From sequence record MW879344.1: 64,000 nt of DNA; one strand, written 5' to 3'. The notes below the pieces were generated by a model, which was not told the DNA's origin, did no database searches, and saw only the letters and a program-made list of their open reading frames with translations. Positions 9,490 to 19,769 of the stretch are shown piece by piece. The position numbers were made by a program, and so were the translations under genes. How positions within the stretch are numbered: the first letter of the stretch is position 1; every line of letters starts with the position of its first letter.

Positions 9490-11292
9490 ATGGAGTGTTA
9501 TATAATGATTATTAAAGTTACCCAAAAAGTCGTGTCTCTTGAAGATTGTGTTTACGACATTGATGTACTAAACAAAATTCAAAAAGAAATTGGTTCTGCG
9601 TATGTAGTTAAGTATTCAGTATCGCCAAAGAATATTGTTTTTTATGTTGAAGAACATGGTAGTCAATTTACAATTGATATGGAAGTTGAAACACAGACAT
9701 ATGTATTGCCAGTAATTGCAGGATACGAATTACTTGAAAAATTCCCAAATTCATTCAAAAAGACTCGTAGAATTGGTGATAGTTCAGTAGCCGATATTGA
9801 CAATCCAGTTGTAGCTGAACTACATAAAGATGAAAATGCCGAAATTAATGAATATATAAGAAAAATGCGTAATTTGGTAAATTCTTACATTGGTAAGCGT
9901 ATTCCAAATAAGCAAATTGAATTTGTTAACGGTGGTGCACAAATCTTTGAACCAAACGGTGACATTGTACTATTACTTGACAAGTACGTTCTAGAGTTTG
10001 ATCCTGCATCATTTGATATTCAGGATGAATCTGAAATAAACACAACTCTTATTCGTCGTTCAGAAACAATTAGGGATGAATATTTCTTTACTTCAGATGA
10101 AGAAATTACTCCTGAAGAAATAAACAAAATTCTCAATGAGACAAAAGAATTTCTTGATGAATTAACGTATAAAGAACAACAACCAGAAGTGAGTAAAATC
10201 TCTGGAACGGATGAAATTCAAGATTTACTAAATGTGTTTGAAGCAATTGAAAAAGATTTGCCTTATGCAGCCGCAGTTCCATCTTATAATGAATATGAGA
10301 AAAATGTTCAAGCAATGAAAGAACTTCTAATAAATGTACGTGGTGCAGATGAGGATACAACTACGATGGCACAATCCGTTAATACCTATACTTCTATGGA
10401 TGCTACTGGTGAACTTCATGCTGCACCTTCTAAAGAAGTTGTTGCATTACGATGGAGTAAGATTCCAGAAGGTGCGGCTTCTGATGGAGAATATATTCTT
10501 AATGCCCCAGCTACAGAAGCAGAGATTGAAGAATTAACTCAAGAAGAAGTTCGAGAACTAACTAAAGTACAACGTACTAATGAAGTTATTGAAGTTGAAA
10601 ATGCAGTAATTAGTTTTGATGCATTTGATAGCTACGCTTCTAAACATCATGTAATTGGTTGGGATTTGGCAACACCAAGTACTCTATCAATTAAGTTTAT
10701 TGAGGGTATTACACCAGAAAGTACTATTAGGAAATTTCATGATATGATGGATAGTCTTGATACTGGATGGATTAATAAAGAATATATGAAACGTCTTCAA
10801 GATGCCGAAGTAAGTACTAAATTCTTAGCTGATCTCCGAAATATGATTATAGATGATAAAGATATTGCAGATGAGTTTATTACTCGCGTCAAAAAACATA
10901 ATGTATTTGTACGTGACAGTATGGCTAAAATCCGTGCAGCACTACTTGATATGGAAAGTGATTTTGAACGCTCACTAAAAAGTGAAGTTAATCTATCTAT
11001 TGATTGGGATAAACTAACTGCTTATGCCGCTAAGAAGGAACGTACAGAGCACCGTGTTAATGGTGTGCGTATTATTTCAGGCAATGATGGAGTAGATTCA
11101 AACGTAGTTCGTGTTAATTCTGAATATAACAATGGAGATTTCTTCATTCCTATACATTTACTAACTGATGAACTTCGTTCTAAATATGTCCTAGAAGATT
11201 ATCCACATTACATTGAAGATGTTCCAGATTATGCATTCTATGAAGTGCATTTAAATGGTCACTACATTCTTATTGAGAATACAGAACTTTAA
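9490..11292 (+). CDS. large acidic hypothetical protein
   Basis: 600 aa ORF; terminator at about 11300. Confidence 0.75.
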   Translation: MECYIMIIKVTQKVVSLEDCVYDIDVLNKIQKEIGSAYVVKYSVSPKNIVFYVEEHGSQFTIDMEVETQTYVLPVIAGYELLEKFPNSFKKTRRIGDSSVADIDNPVVAELHKDENAEINEYIRKMRNLVNSYIGKRIPNKQIEFVNGGAQIFEPNGDIVLLLDKYVLEFDPASFDIQDESEINTTLIRRSETIRDEYFFTSDEEITPEEINKILNETKEFLDELTYKEQQPEVSKISGTDEIQDLLNVFEAIEKDLPYAAAVPSYNEYEKNVQAMKELLINVRGADEDTTTMAQSVNTYTSMDATGELHAAPSKEVVALRWSKIPEGAASDGEYILNAPATEAEIEELTQEEVRELTKVQRTNEVIEVENAVISFDAFDSYASKHHVIGWDLATPSTLSIKFIEGITPESTIRKFHDMMDSLDTGWINKEYMKRLQDAEVSTKFLADLRNMIIDDKDIADEFITRVKKHNVFVRDSMAKIRAALLDMESDFERSLKSEVNLSIDWDKLTAYAAKKERTEHRVNGVRIISGNDGVDSNVVRVNSEYNNGDFFIPIHLLTDELRSKYVLEDYPHYIEDVPDYAFYEVHLNGHYILIENTEL

Positions 11293-11340
11293 TATCCAAG
11301 ATACCAGCTTAACCGCTGGTATTTTTTTAATTGAGATTTA

Positions 11341-11369
11341 TGGAACAGCTTAAAAAAAGCTGGTATAAT
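11341..11369 (+). promoter_or_regulatory. TGGAAC-N17-TATAAT promoter (variant of phage class)
   Basis: exact 17-nt spacer, extended -10; precedes orphan ncRNA. Confidence 0.6.
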
Positions 11370-11390
11370 AGAAGTACAGAAATTTAGATA

Positions 11391-11748
11391 CAACTCTGAT
11401 TGACAAGGAACGTCCTTGATGAGTAAATGCACCTGATCCTATCGAAAACGTAGATGGCAGATGAGTAGTTCAATCAGTACGCAGAGCAGAAGAAACCCGT
11501 AAGGAGTTGGCATAGTTTGTACCACCCACGGCAATACGGCTCTATAAAGGGATATAATAGGCACACCCATGTCCCCTCGATAGATATATAAGGTCACACT
11601 TACCATTTCGCTAAGGGAGTTGACTCGAAAGAGTTGACAAGTACTGGTTTGGTCGAATAGACTCAGTACTCAGTGGAGCAATGAAAAAACTCCGACCGTT
11701 GCACATGACTGTGATAGAGAGAAACAGAGCAACCCGCTTTCGTTCTCC
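11391..11748 (+). ncRNA. orphan structured RNA, about 360 nt
   Basis: GC-richer, no credible ORF; CAACTC/GAGTTG, CTGATTGA/TCAATCAG, GACTC-GAAA-GAGTT, AGTACTG/CAGTACT helices; own promoter. Confidence 0.6.
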
Positions 11749-12025
11749 AAATTAAGTACAATGAAGTTGTATCTAAAATTCAGAGAAATTCACAATTCGA
11801 CAGATTCCGACGACTATCATCGTCAGGTATATAATCAGTACACAAACGTGTACTTTTTTTACGTCTTTATTCCCCTGTGGGGGGATGAAAATACCTCTAC
11901 AAATCTCGTCAGTATAATAGTATTAAACGTAATAAGTATTGAATTGAGTTTGTTTCAGTACAAACGAAGTGAAGTACAGAACAAACGAAAATTCTTTGAC
12001 ATTCGAAGAATGGCAAATTAAAAGG

Positions 12026-12961
12026 ATGATTATGAGTAATAATTTAGATAGATCTATTGGTGCATTAGTAGGATTGGCTGTTGGTGATGCATTAGGGACT
12101 ACGTTAGAATTTCATCAACGGGATACGTATGAACCATTGACCGATATTGTTGGCGGTGGACCATTTCAATTAAATGCTGGTGAATGGACAGATGATACCA
12201 GTATGGCTTTATGTTTAGGTCATAGTCTACTTGCTCGTTATAGATTTGATGCAAAAGACCAATTAACAAGATATTGTAATTGGATGAATTATGGTTATAT
12301 GAGTAGTACTGGTAAATGTTTTGATATTGGAACCACTACAAAAATTGCATTACGGGATTTTCTTCAACATGGTACGTTAATTAACAATCACCATTTTTTA
12401 GATTCTGGTAATGGAAGTTTAATGCGTTTAGCTCCAATCACTATATTCTATAATACTAAAGAAATGTACTCAGAAGATTTTGTAGAATTACTGAAATATT
12501 CAGAGTTAAGTTCAAGTACTACTCATGCACATCAAATTCCAGTACAGTCATGTGTTGCATTCTCAATTATGCTAAACCGTGCCATTCATGGTTATGATAA
12601 GGTTGATATTATAGATATAGATGAACCAGAAAAATTTGGAATTTTTGATGAAAATGTTAAAAGTACAATTAGTCTTGGTAATATTCTATCTAAAACACGA
12701 AATTCTATAAAAAGTACTGGATATGTAATTGATTCATTGGAAGCCGCTTTATGGTGTTTCATTACAACCGATTCTTTCAAGGAAGCTGTTCTTTTAGCTG
12801 CAAACTTAGGTGATGATGCAGATACTGTAGCTGCTATCACAGGACAAATTGCAGGGGCGTACTATGGAATCAATGAAATCCCTACTGAATGGGTTAATAT
12901 TATTACTGATTCTAAAGAAATAATTACATTAGCAGAAAACTTATATAATTGGAGAAACTAA
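12026..12961 (+). CDS. ADP-ribosylglycohydrolase (DraG/ARH family)
   Basis: GLAVGDALG, WTDDTSMALCL, GNGSLMRLAP, GDDADTVAAITGQIAGAYYG. Confidence 0.92.
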   Translation: MIMSNNLDRSIGALVGLAVGDALGTTLEFHQRDTYEPLTDIVGGGPFQLNAGEWTDDTSMALCLGHSLLARYRFDAKDQLTRYCNWMNYGYMSSTGKCFDIGTTTKIALRDFLQHGTLINNHHFLDSGNGSLMRLAPITIFYNTKEMYSEDFVELLKYSELSSSTTHAHQIPVQSCVAFSIMLNRAIHGYDKVDIIDIDEPEKFGIFDENVKSTISLGNILSKTRNSIKSTGYVIDSLEAALWCFITTDSFKEAVLLAANLGDDADTVAAITGQIAGAYYGINEIPTEWVNIITDSKEIITLAENLYNWRN

Positions 12962-13311
12962 TGCCTAACATGAGTTATTGTATGTTCGAGAACACATCGA
13001 AAGATATGCAAGATATAATTGATAAAATGTATGAAGATGATTTTGATCCTGATAAACTAAGTAAAACTGAACGTAGAGCATTTGATGCTCTTTGGGATCA
13101 ATGTGAAACTATTAGTGAAAGATTATCTGAACTTGACGACATGTTACAAGAACGTGCAGATGCTGAATGGGAGGAATCCGATGAAGCTCGTGAAGAAGAA
13201 TATCAAATGCATAAAGCTATTGTAGGTACAGAACGTGCCAATGAAGATTTTGGAATTGATAGTAGTACTGAAGATGATTTTTCAAGAAACACATTTACGA
13301 GGAAAGACTAA
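12949..13311 (+). CDS. hypothetical protein
   Basis: ORF track; true start probably 12961. Confidence 0.6.
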   Translation: MEKLMPNMSYCMFENTSKDMQDIIDKMYEDDFDPDKLSKTERRAFDALWDQCETISERLSELDDMLQERADAEWEESDEAREEEYQMHKAIVGTERANEDFGIDSSTEDDFSRNTFTRKD

Positions 13312-13511
13312 TGTTTAATGATGAAGAACTTAAAGCATTCTATGCGGGTAAAGAACAAGGTTATAAAGCAAATGAATATAAAAATCCACATCTTGAATTT
13401 GTAAATGGTTTAGGTGGTGCCGCAGCCATTGCTGAAGATAAACTACATCAACAGTTCAAGCGTGGTTATAGTTGGGGTCAAGCTCAAAAGAACGAGGAAG
13501 ATTCTAAATGA
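13311..13511 (+). CDS. small hypothetical protein
   Basis: translationally coupled ORF. Confidence 0.6.
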   Translation: MFNDEELKAFYAGKEQGYKANEYKNPHLEFVNGLGGAAAIAEDKLHQQFKRGYSWGQAQKNEEDSK

Positions 13512-13870
13512 GTCAAGAACCTTATATAAAAACTATCCGTACTATTGAGGAATTTCATTATAATCCCGAATATGGTGATGACCGTATTTGCGAATGTGGA
13601 CACTCTTATTATCGCCATTTTGATTCATATGAAGAAATGGCACCAATCGGATGTAAGTACTGTTCATGTTATGAATTTGTTGAAATACAAGATGGAAAGG
13701 ATACAATTGCTGATGCTGGTGACCAAGGGTATAAAGACGGTAAAGCTGGCTTGCGATACTTAAACCCATATGCTCAATATGGTTCAGATGGTCGTTGGCA
13801 TGAAGCATACAAAACAAAATACAATTATGGTCTAGACACTTATCGAGATTTAGGAAACACAGATGACTAA
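13508..13870 (+). CDS. hypothetical protein with Cys/His motif
   Basis: CECGHSYYRH...CKYCSC. Confidence 0.6.
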   Translation: MSQEPYIKTIRTIEEFHYNPEYGDDRICECGHSYYRHFDSYEEMAPIGCKYCSCYEFVEIQDGKDTIADAGDQGYKDGKAGLRYLNPYAQYGSDGRWHEAYKTKYNYGLDTYRDLGNTDD

Positions 13871-14171
13871 GAACGAAGCACTAAAATTAGCAGTGGGGAT
13901 GCATCAAACATTCAATAAAGCTGAAACTACTATTAGTTTAGAATTTGAATTATGTGAATACCGTTGGCGTTTTGATAGTAATGAAATTTGTTATATTGAA
14001 GAAGACGGTACTCTTGAAGATTTTGAAGAAGGAAACTGCTATTCATTAGAAATTTGTTATATTTCATACGAAGATGAAGATTTTCTTCACGCTAAGGTTG
14101 ACAACGGCTGTGGTGATCGGTATTATGTCGTTTTCCTAAAAGAAAATTTATTGCCTAATGAAGACAATTGA
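13863..14171 (+). CDS. hypothetical protein
   Basis: coupled ORF. Confidence 0.6.
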   Translation: MTKNEALKLAVGMHQTFNKAETTISLEFELCEYRWRFDSNEICYIEEDGTLEDFEEGNCYSLEICYISYEDEDFLHAKVDNGCGDRYYVVFLKENLLPNEDN

Positions 14172-14242
14172 TGATGCGTATCAGTTTGAAAAGTTATTCT
14201 TAAAATATATTAAATCTAGTAAGTAAAATGTAAGGAATTTAT

Positions 14243-14971
14243 ATGTCTACACGTTCTAATATCAATGTTAAAGTTGGTGATAAGTACCATTCGGTATATT
14301 GTCATTTTGATGGTTATCCAAGTGGTGTTGGTATGATGCTTGCACTACATTATAATTCACAAGAACTAGCAGAAAAATTAGTATCACATGGTGATATTTC
14401 TTCGGTTTATGAATCTTGTGAAAAACCAGAAGGTCACAGTTATGATACTCCAGTTAAAGGATACTGTGTGTATTATGGGAGAGATCGTGGAGAAGAAGAT
14501 ACTGAGTTCTCTGTGGTCGATGAACCGGTATGTGTAAATGAGTTTGGTTATGTATGGGATGGTACTAAGTGGACTATCTATGGTCACGAATATGATGAAG
14601 ATGATAACATGATCGAATGGTATGGTACTCCATTGGATGAAGTACTTGATTTAGAAGTTGCTCAAGATGATGAAATTCTTGAGGATGAAGGTACTAAAGT
14701 ATTCAAGTACTTCGGTACTAATATGGATGAAGTGCAAAACATTTATAACGAATGGGATGTTACTTTCAATACACCAGATGAGCGAATGACGGATTCATAT
14801 AATGAACGTATTCGTTGGATGGTTCGCCACCGCTTTGCCCCATATCAAGGAATTGATGAAGATGGCATTTGGCATCACACATTCTTTGGACGCACTTTGT
14901 ATGAAGCAGTTAGCCGTGCTAACGAATATCTACAACGTGCTAAAGATATGGAAGATGATCATCGTGGATAA
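14243..14971 (+). CDS. conserved phage hypothetical protein
   Basis: MSTRS..SVYCHFDGYP N-terminus common in phages. Confidence 0.7.
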   Translation: MSTRSNINVKVGDKYHSVYCHFDGYPSGVGMMLALHYNSQELAEKLVSHGDISSVYESCEKPEGHSYDTPVKGYCVYYGRDRGEEDTEFSVVDEPVCVNEFGYVWDGTKWTIYGHEYDEDDNMIEWYGTPLDEVLDLEVAQDDEILEDEGTKVFKYFGTNMDEVQNIYNEWDVTFNTPDERMTDSYNERIRWMVRHRFAPYQGIDEDGIWHHTFFGRTLYEAVSRANEYLQRAKDMEDDHRG

Positions 14972-15202
14972 TATCTTTGAATTCCATCCAATTAGTGAGC
15001 TACGTGAGCCGTTTGACGGCTCACAAGTTTATATGAATCGGTACTGGATTGTAAAAGATGATTGTGTTTTACGGTATATAAAACATCAAGCATGGCAATG
15101 TAATGCACATGAATTTGTTATTCAATCTGCAATGAAAGATAATCCAATCTATGAAGGTTGTAGTATTGTATTTTTCCCGTACTTGTATATTCCGAGGTAA
15201 TA

Positions 15203-15406
15203 ATGGAAGAACAATTCTTGTTCGATGAGCCGATAGAGTGCATCTATCGGGCTATACGCGGTTTAGACCGCTTGGCTGACCGAGGCATCAACCTCACTGA
15301 AAAACGTGCTCTGGATGAGCTACAGGCCAAATTTACACAGTTCTCAAGGGATGAGCTAAAACACATTTACAACACATACGGTGTTGTTGACGATTTTCAA
15401 ATTTAA
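15203..15406 (+). CDS. small hypothetical protein
   Basis: GAGG RBS. Confidence 0.55.
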   Translation: MEEQFLFDEPIECIYRAIRGLDRLADRGINLTEKRALDELQAKFTQFSRDELKHIYNTYGVVDDFQI

Positions 15407-15420
15407 AATAAGGATTTAAT

Positions 15421-16422
15421 ATGTCTCATTTTACAGTACTTGTACACATCCCATTTGAAGAAGCACAAGATGGTGAAATTCAAGATTTACTAGCTGCGAA
15501 ACTACAACCATTCCATGAATTTGAATGTACTGGTGTTAAAGACCAATATGTACAGGAATATGATGAAACTGAAGAACAACTTGCATCATATGGAATTGAA
15601 ACCACATCAGTAGTTTACAAAGATGGCGAAGTATTTGGTACACGTTATGGTGAACAGTGTGAACGTTTTTGGGTACGTAATGGGCTTGGTATCTCATCTT
15701 CAGATGAATTTGTTCTCCCTGAAGGTTATGAACTACGAGAAAATGTTCCAATCAAAGAAGTTTACACTTTTGAAGAATATCTTACTTCATGGCAAGGTTA
15801 TTCAATGGATGGGAACTATTCTGATTTCCGTGACGGTCGTTTCTATCGTTATACGAATCCAAATCGTAAATGGGATTGGTGGACTGTTGGTGGACGTTGG
15901 AGCGGTCACTTCTTAACGAAAGAAGGTAATCACGAAGATATGATCCAAGTACATGATTGGGATCTTGCAGGTGCTATGGCAAATGCCGTACAAAGTTATG
16001 TACACTTCTTCGAGAAGTATGAAGCCTCTGGTTTAAATGAATTGGAATACAAATCATGGTCTGAATGTGTTGATCTTTTCAATAAAGATTATAATGCAGC
16101 ACGTGAATATTATCATTCACAAGAAATTAAAACTAAAATTCGTGAATTGTTCAGTTCACCCGAAGAAGAACAAAAGTCTTATCTATTACATGATGTTGAT
16201 ACCTTCTATAAAGTATCACGTGAATCATTTATTAAAGCTCGTGTCTTTAATGAAATTGGTACGTTCGCAGTACTAAGTGATGGTCAATGGGTAGAACGTG
16301 GTGATATGGGCTGGTTTGGCATGGTCAGTGATGAAAATGCAAATTGGGATGACATTTACCTTGACAAAATCCGTGAGTTCGGTGATAATGATTACCTAAT
16401 CCTAATCGACTGTCATATCTAA
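15421..16422 (+). CDS. conserved phage hypothetical protein
   Basis: MSHFTVLV...NPNRKWDWWTVGGRWSG. Confidence 0.75.
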   Translation: MSHFTVLVHIPFEEAQDGEIQDLLAAKLQPFHEFECTGVKDQYVQEYDETEEQLASYGIETTSVVYKDGEVFGTRYGEQCERFWVRNGLGISSSDEFVLPEGYELRENVPIKEVYTFEEYLTSWQGYSMDGNYSDFRDGRFYRYTNPNRKWDWWTVGGRWSGHFLTKEGNHEDMIQVHDWDLAGAMANAVQSYVHFFEKYEASGLNELEYKSWSECVDLFNKDYNAAREYYHSQEIKTKIRELFSSPEEEQKSYLLHDVDTFYKVSRESFIKARVFNEIGTFAVLSDGQWVERGDMGWFGMVSDENANWDDIYLDKIREFGDNDYLILIDCHI

Positions 16423-16432
16423 CGGGTAAAAA

Positions 16433-16737
16433 ATGAAAAAAATATTGATGGCTTCTGTAATGGCACTAGCTGTTCTTAGTACGTCTGTTGTTGCAGATGA
16501 TGATTTCAAAACTGTTCCATTGTGTAAAGTTCAGGTCTGTAATAAGATTGAGCGTTTCTCAATGAGTCTTTGGTCGATAGTATGGGTGAAACCTGTATGG
16601 ATATTGTGATACCAAAAACTGAAGCAGTTGTGGGTAATGCACTAAGTGACGAATCTCGCTGGTATCAGGGGTCATCAATTAACCCTACCAAACGTTCAGT
16701 TACTCGTGTTTCGCAAGTATACAAATGTCAGGAGTAA
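16433..16737 (+). pseudogene. secreted small protein gene broken by a -1 frameshift near 16570
   Basis: signal-peptide frame MKKILMASVMALAVLS... continues in another frame as VDSMGETCMDIV...YKCQE*; span of 305 nt is not a multiple of 3. Confidence 0.6.
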
Positions 16738-16740
16738 CTT

Positions 16741-17799
16741 ATGACTAACGGGTTATTTTTTGGAAAATTTGCCCCATTAACTGTGGGGCATATTTCAGCT
16801 ATTGTACAAGCTGCAACTAAAGTTGATGAATTGTACGTAGTACTATGTTGGGATGATAAGTTTCAAAGTACTCTTACGCCTGAACTCAAAAAAGTAATGA
16901 CTTTGCGTAATCGCCAAATGTGGCTGAAAGATACTTTCAAACATATGTCTCATGTTCATATAACTTATGTAGATGAGTCACCAATTCAATCATATCCTGA
17001 TGGTGCAAAAGACTTTACTGATCTTGTTCGTAATGAACTATTCAGTACATTCAATTGCACGGTTCTGGATAAAGTATTCAGTTCAGAAACTGAGTATAAT
17101 GATTACTTCAGCCAAAATTGGCCTGAATGTGAACATGTTCTCATTGATCCACCACGTGACTTTGTAGATATTAGTGCAACTCGCGTTCGCAGTAATCCTT
17201 ATTTGTATTGGGATTTATTAGCACCCGCAGCACATCAACATTTTGTTAAAAAGGTTTGTATCATTGGTGTAGAAAGTACTGGCAAAAGTACTTTAACTAT
17301 CAATTTGGCAAATCATTTTAGTACTCAATATGTTGAAGAAGTGGGACGTACTATTTGTGAAAATGAATACCATTGGGCAGAAAACATGATGAATATTGAA
17401 GATTATGTTTATGTAGCAATGGAACATAAAGTAAAAGAACACAAATATGCAAAAACAGCAAATAAAGTACTCTTTAGTGATACCAATAATTTGATTACAC
17501 TTTTTAGTGCAGAATGTATGGGTAAAACGAGTGCATTGCTTAGCCAGATGGCAAATGCTGAAGATTATGATTTAGTAATAATGCTTGACATAGACGTGCC
17601 TTGGGTGTATGATCCATTACGTCTTAACAATACACCGGAGCGGCGTCAAGAAACATTTGACCATCTCAAGTTTTTGTGTCGTGCACATGGTGTCAAATAT
17701 CATACCGTTAGTGGTGATTTTGACAATCGTTATAAAACTGCTGTTAATTTGGTTCAGCAATTACTAGAAGGTTCATTAAATGAATGCACTGATTACTAG
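16741..17799 (+). CDS. nadR: NadR-like NMN adenylyltransferase / ribosylnicotinamide kinase
   Basis: FGKFAPLTVGH, ISATRVR, GVESTGKST P-loop, VEEVGR, DIDVPWVYDPLR. Confidence 0.92.
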   Translation: MTNGLFFGKFAPLTVGHISAIVQAATKVDELYVVLCWDDKFQSTLTPELKKVMTLRNRQMWLKDTFKHMSHVHITYVDESPIQSYPDGAKDFTDLVRNELFSTFNCTVLDKVFSSETEYNDYFSQNWPECEHVLIDPPRDFVDISATRVRSNPYLYWDLLAPAAHQHFVKKVCIIGVESTGKSTLTINLANHFSTQYVEEVGRTICENEYHWAENMMNIEDYVYVAMEHKVKEHKYAKTANKVLFSDTNNLITLFSAECMGKTSALLSQMANAEDYDLVIMLDIDVPWVYDPLRLNNTPERRQETFDHLKFLCRAHGVKYHTVSGDFDNRYKTAVNLVQQLLEGSLNECTDY

Positions 17800-18583
17800 T
17801 TTGAATTTATCACCAACCTTAGTATGGTCATATGCAGTATTCCTTACTTTGGTATGTGGTTTATATGTGTATCGTATTGCAGGTACAGATCTTAAACTGA
17901 CGCAAGTATTCAGTACTTGTTTCACTGACTTCAAAGGTTGGTCGTTAAAAGAATATGCATGGGCAATCATTGCACCTTCTATTATATTAGCTACTTCAGT
18001 AATAATGGGTGGTGGATGGATTGAATTTATCTGTTCAGTAACTGGTATCATTGGGGCAATTCTGGTTGCTAAAGGTAAGATTAGTTCTTATGTATGGGGT
18101 TTTGTAAGTACCGCCTTGTATATTTGGATCTCTTACCAGTACAAGCTATTTGGTGAAACAATTACTTATGCAATCTTGTTCTTACCAATGCAAGTTTCAG
18201 GTTATTACTACTGGATTCGTAACAAAAAAGTACAAGATACTGATGTAATTAAAAAAGTTATGAGTACTAAACAACGTATCTGCCTATTTGTAGGTACAGC
18301 AGTAGCTATCGCAGCTTACGCAGGTTTCTTGCGTTATCTCGAAGGCTCAATGCCAGGTTTAGATTCAGCAACCGCAATTCTATCTATCGTTGCAACAACC
18401 TTGATGGTTATGCGTTATGCAGAGCAATGGTTAGTTTGGATTATGGTTAATACCGTTGCAGTAATTATGTGGGTTATGGCTGTTATGCATCATCAGGATC
18501 AGGGCTTCGCAGTACTTGCAATGTGGTCTACATTCTGGTTGAACTCTGTATACGGCTGGTATCAATGGCGTAAAGGAAACTAA
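17780..18583 (+). CDS. pnuC: nicotinamide riboside transporter PnuC
   Basis: multi-TM protein, LVAKGKISSY, DSATAILSIVA..LMVMRYAEQWLVW; adjacent to nadR. Confidence 0.9.
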   Translation: MNALITSLNLSPTLVWSYAVFLTLVCGLYVYRIAGTDLKLTQVFSTCFTDFKGWSLKEYAWAIIAPSIILATSVIMGGGWIEFICSVTGIIGAILVAKGKISSYVWGFVSTALYIWISYQYKLFGETITYAILFLPMQVSGYYYWIRNKKVQDTDVIKKVMSTKQRICLFVGTAVAIAAYAGFLRYLEGSMPGLDSATAILSIVATTLMVMRYAEQWLVWIMVNTVAVIMWVMAVMHHQDQGFAVLAMWSTFWLNSVYGWYQWRKGN

Positions 18584-18586
18584 AAA

Positions 18587-18832
18587 ATGAAATTGATTGA
18601 ACATTCTCCAACAAAAGAAGTACAGTACTATGGTTTCACCTTCACTGTGCCTGTTTGTATCAAATATGCCGCAGTGGATGCAAATGGTACATTGATGGGT
18701 TTTGAAGATGAACCGAAAGTTGATCATGGATGGCAGTTTTGGGACAATCCAACTGCTAATGAAATGGTTGAAATGGGTAAAGTTGATCTAGAAGGTCAAG
18801 CTTGGGAAAGTACGCTACAAGTACTTAACTAA
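18587..18832 (+). CDS. hypothetical protein
   Basis: YAAVDANG..GFEDEP motif; paralog-like to 42054..42323. Confidence 0.6.
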   Translation: MKLIEHSPTKEVQYYGFTFTVPVCIKYAAVDANGTLMGFEDEPKVDHGWQFWDNPTANEMVEMGKVDLEGQAWESTLQVLN

Positions 18833-18850
18833 TGAATTTGTACTGCATTC

Positions 18851-19114
18851 GTGCAGTACTTTTTAATTGAGGTTATTATGTTTCTATTATTATTGAAATA
18901 CATTTTCTTTCAGTTTAAAAAATTCAAAAATAGTAGGATATTTTTCTATCTAGCTATGGGTATGCCAATTCCTCACGGTTTAACTGTATTGTTGTGTGAT
19001 TTGGTATTCAACATTGAACCATATATAAAAAATGGAATATTACTTGTATTGTTGCTATTACAAGTACTTTCTATGTTAATATATTTTAAACAACTTCGTA
19101 AAGGATACCTATAA
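18851..19114 (+). CDS. small membrane protein
   Basis: hydrophobic ORF. Confidence 0.5.
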   Translation: MQYFLIEVIMFLLLLKYIFFQFKKFKNSRIFFYLAMGMPIPHGLTVLLCDLVFNIEPYIKNGILLVLLLLQVLSMLIYFKQLRKGYL

Positions 19115-19536
19115 TGAAATACTTCCGTGTTAATGAAGGTGATGCATCTGGTATGTCAGATTTTTGGGAGTACTTTGCACTTCAAGATACTGATGATATT
19201 GATGAAGCAAAGGCATTGTTTGAAGAAAACAATAGCTGGGTATTCAGTCTTGATTGCCGCCGTAACCGTGCAGAAGAATTAACTGAAGAACAGTATAAAA
19301 TTGGTTTACAGTTTAATCGTCTGTACGAGTATGATCACGTGCGTAATGATCGTCGTAAGAAATACAATATCTATGACACTCGTGAAATGGCTGAAATGTT
19401 TGCAAACCGTGCACACAAATCTGGTACAGTTCGCATTGGTCATTTCAATTATCATAATGTGTATACCATTAATCAGAATGGTGAATTTATGTTCCGTTAC
19501 CATCATTGGGTGGATCGTATTGGAGTTTTGGTATGA
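19114..19536 (+). CDS. hypothetical protein
   Basis: coupled ORF. Confidence 0.6.
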   Translation: MKYFRVNEGDASGMSDFWEYFALQDTDDIDEAKALFEENNSWVFSLDCRRNRAEELTEEQYKIGLQFNRLYEYDHVRNDRRKKYNIYDTREMAEMFANRAHKSGTVRIGHFNYHNVYTINQNGEFMFRYHHWVDRIGVLV

Positions 19537-19769
19537 ATTCATCACAACTAAAGCAAGTTAAAGTTGCCGTTAGTATGTATAAAACTGATCCTGAACGGTT
19601 AAAGTTGTTGTATATGTCAGGTAGGCTACGGTTGTGTTATATTGCAATGTTCATTTTATATCTTCATTATATTCAACAGCGAACATTTGAAAATATTCGT
19701 TCAGATTATAGCTGGGGTTCTACTGAAAAGCTTATTTGTGATTTATTCATTGATGGGGATGACGAATGA
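19506..19769 (+). CDS. hypothetical protein
   Basis: coupled ORF; start probably later. Confidence 0.5.
   Translation: MGGSYWSFGMNSSQLKQVKVAVSMYKTDPERLKLLYMSGRLRLCYIAMFILYLHYIQQRTFENIRSDYSWGSTEKLICDLFIDGDDE

Noticed and set aside
11391-11748. RNase P RNA identity (AAGGAACGTCC, CCACCCACGGCAA, ATGACTGT...ACAG..AACCCGCTT words)
   Set aside because: The two strands that should form the universally conserved P4 helix are not complementary and other conserved regions are missing; kept only as an orphan ncRNA.
11761-12021. 86-aa ORF and the TTG-extended start of the ADP-ribosylglycohydrolase
   Set aside because: Weak RBS and atypical composition. AAGGA directly precedes ATG 12026/12032, the likelier start.
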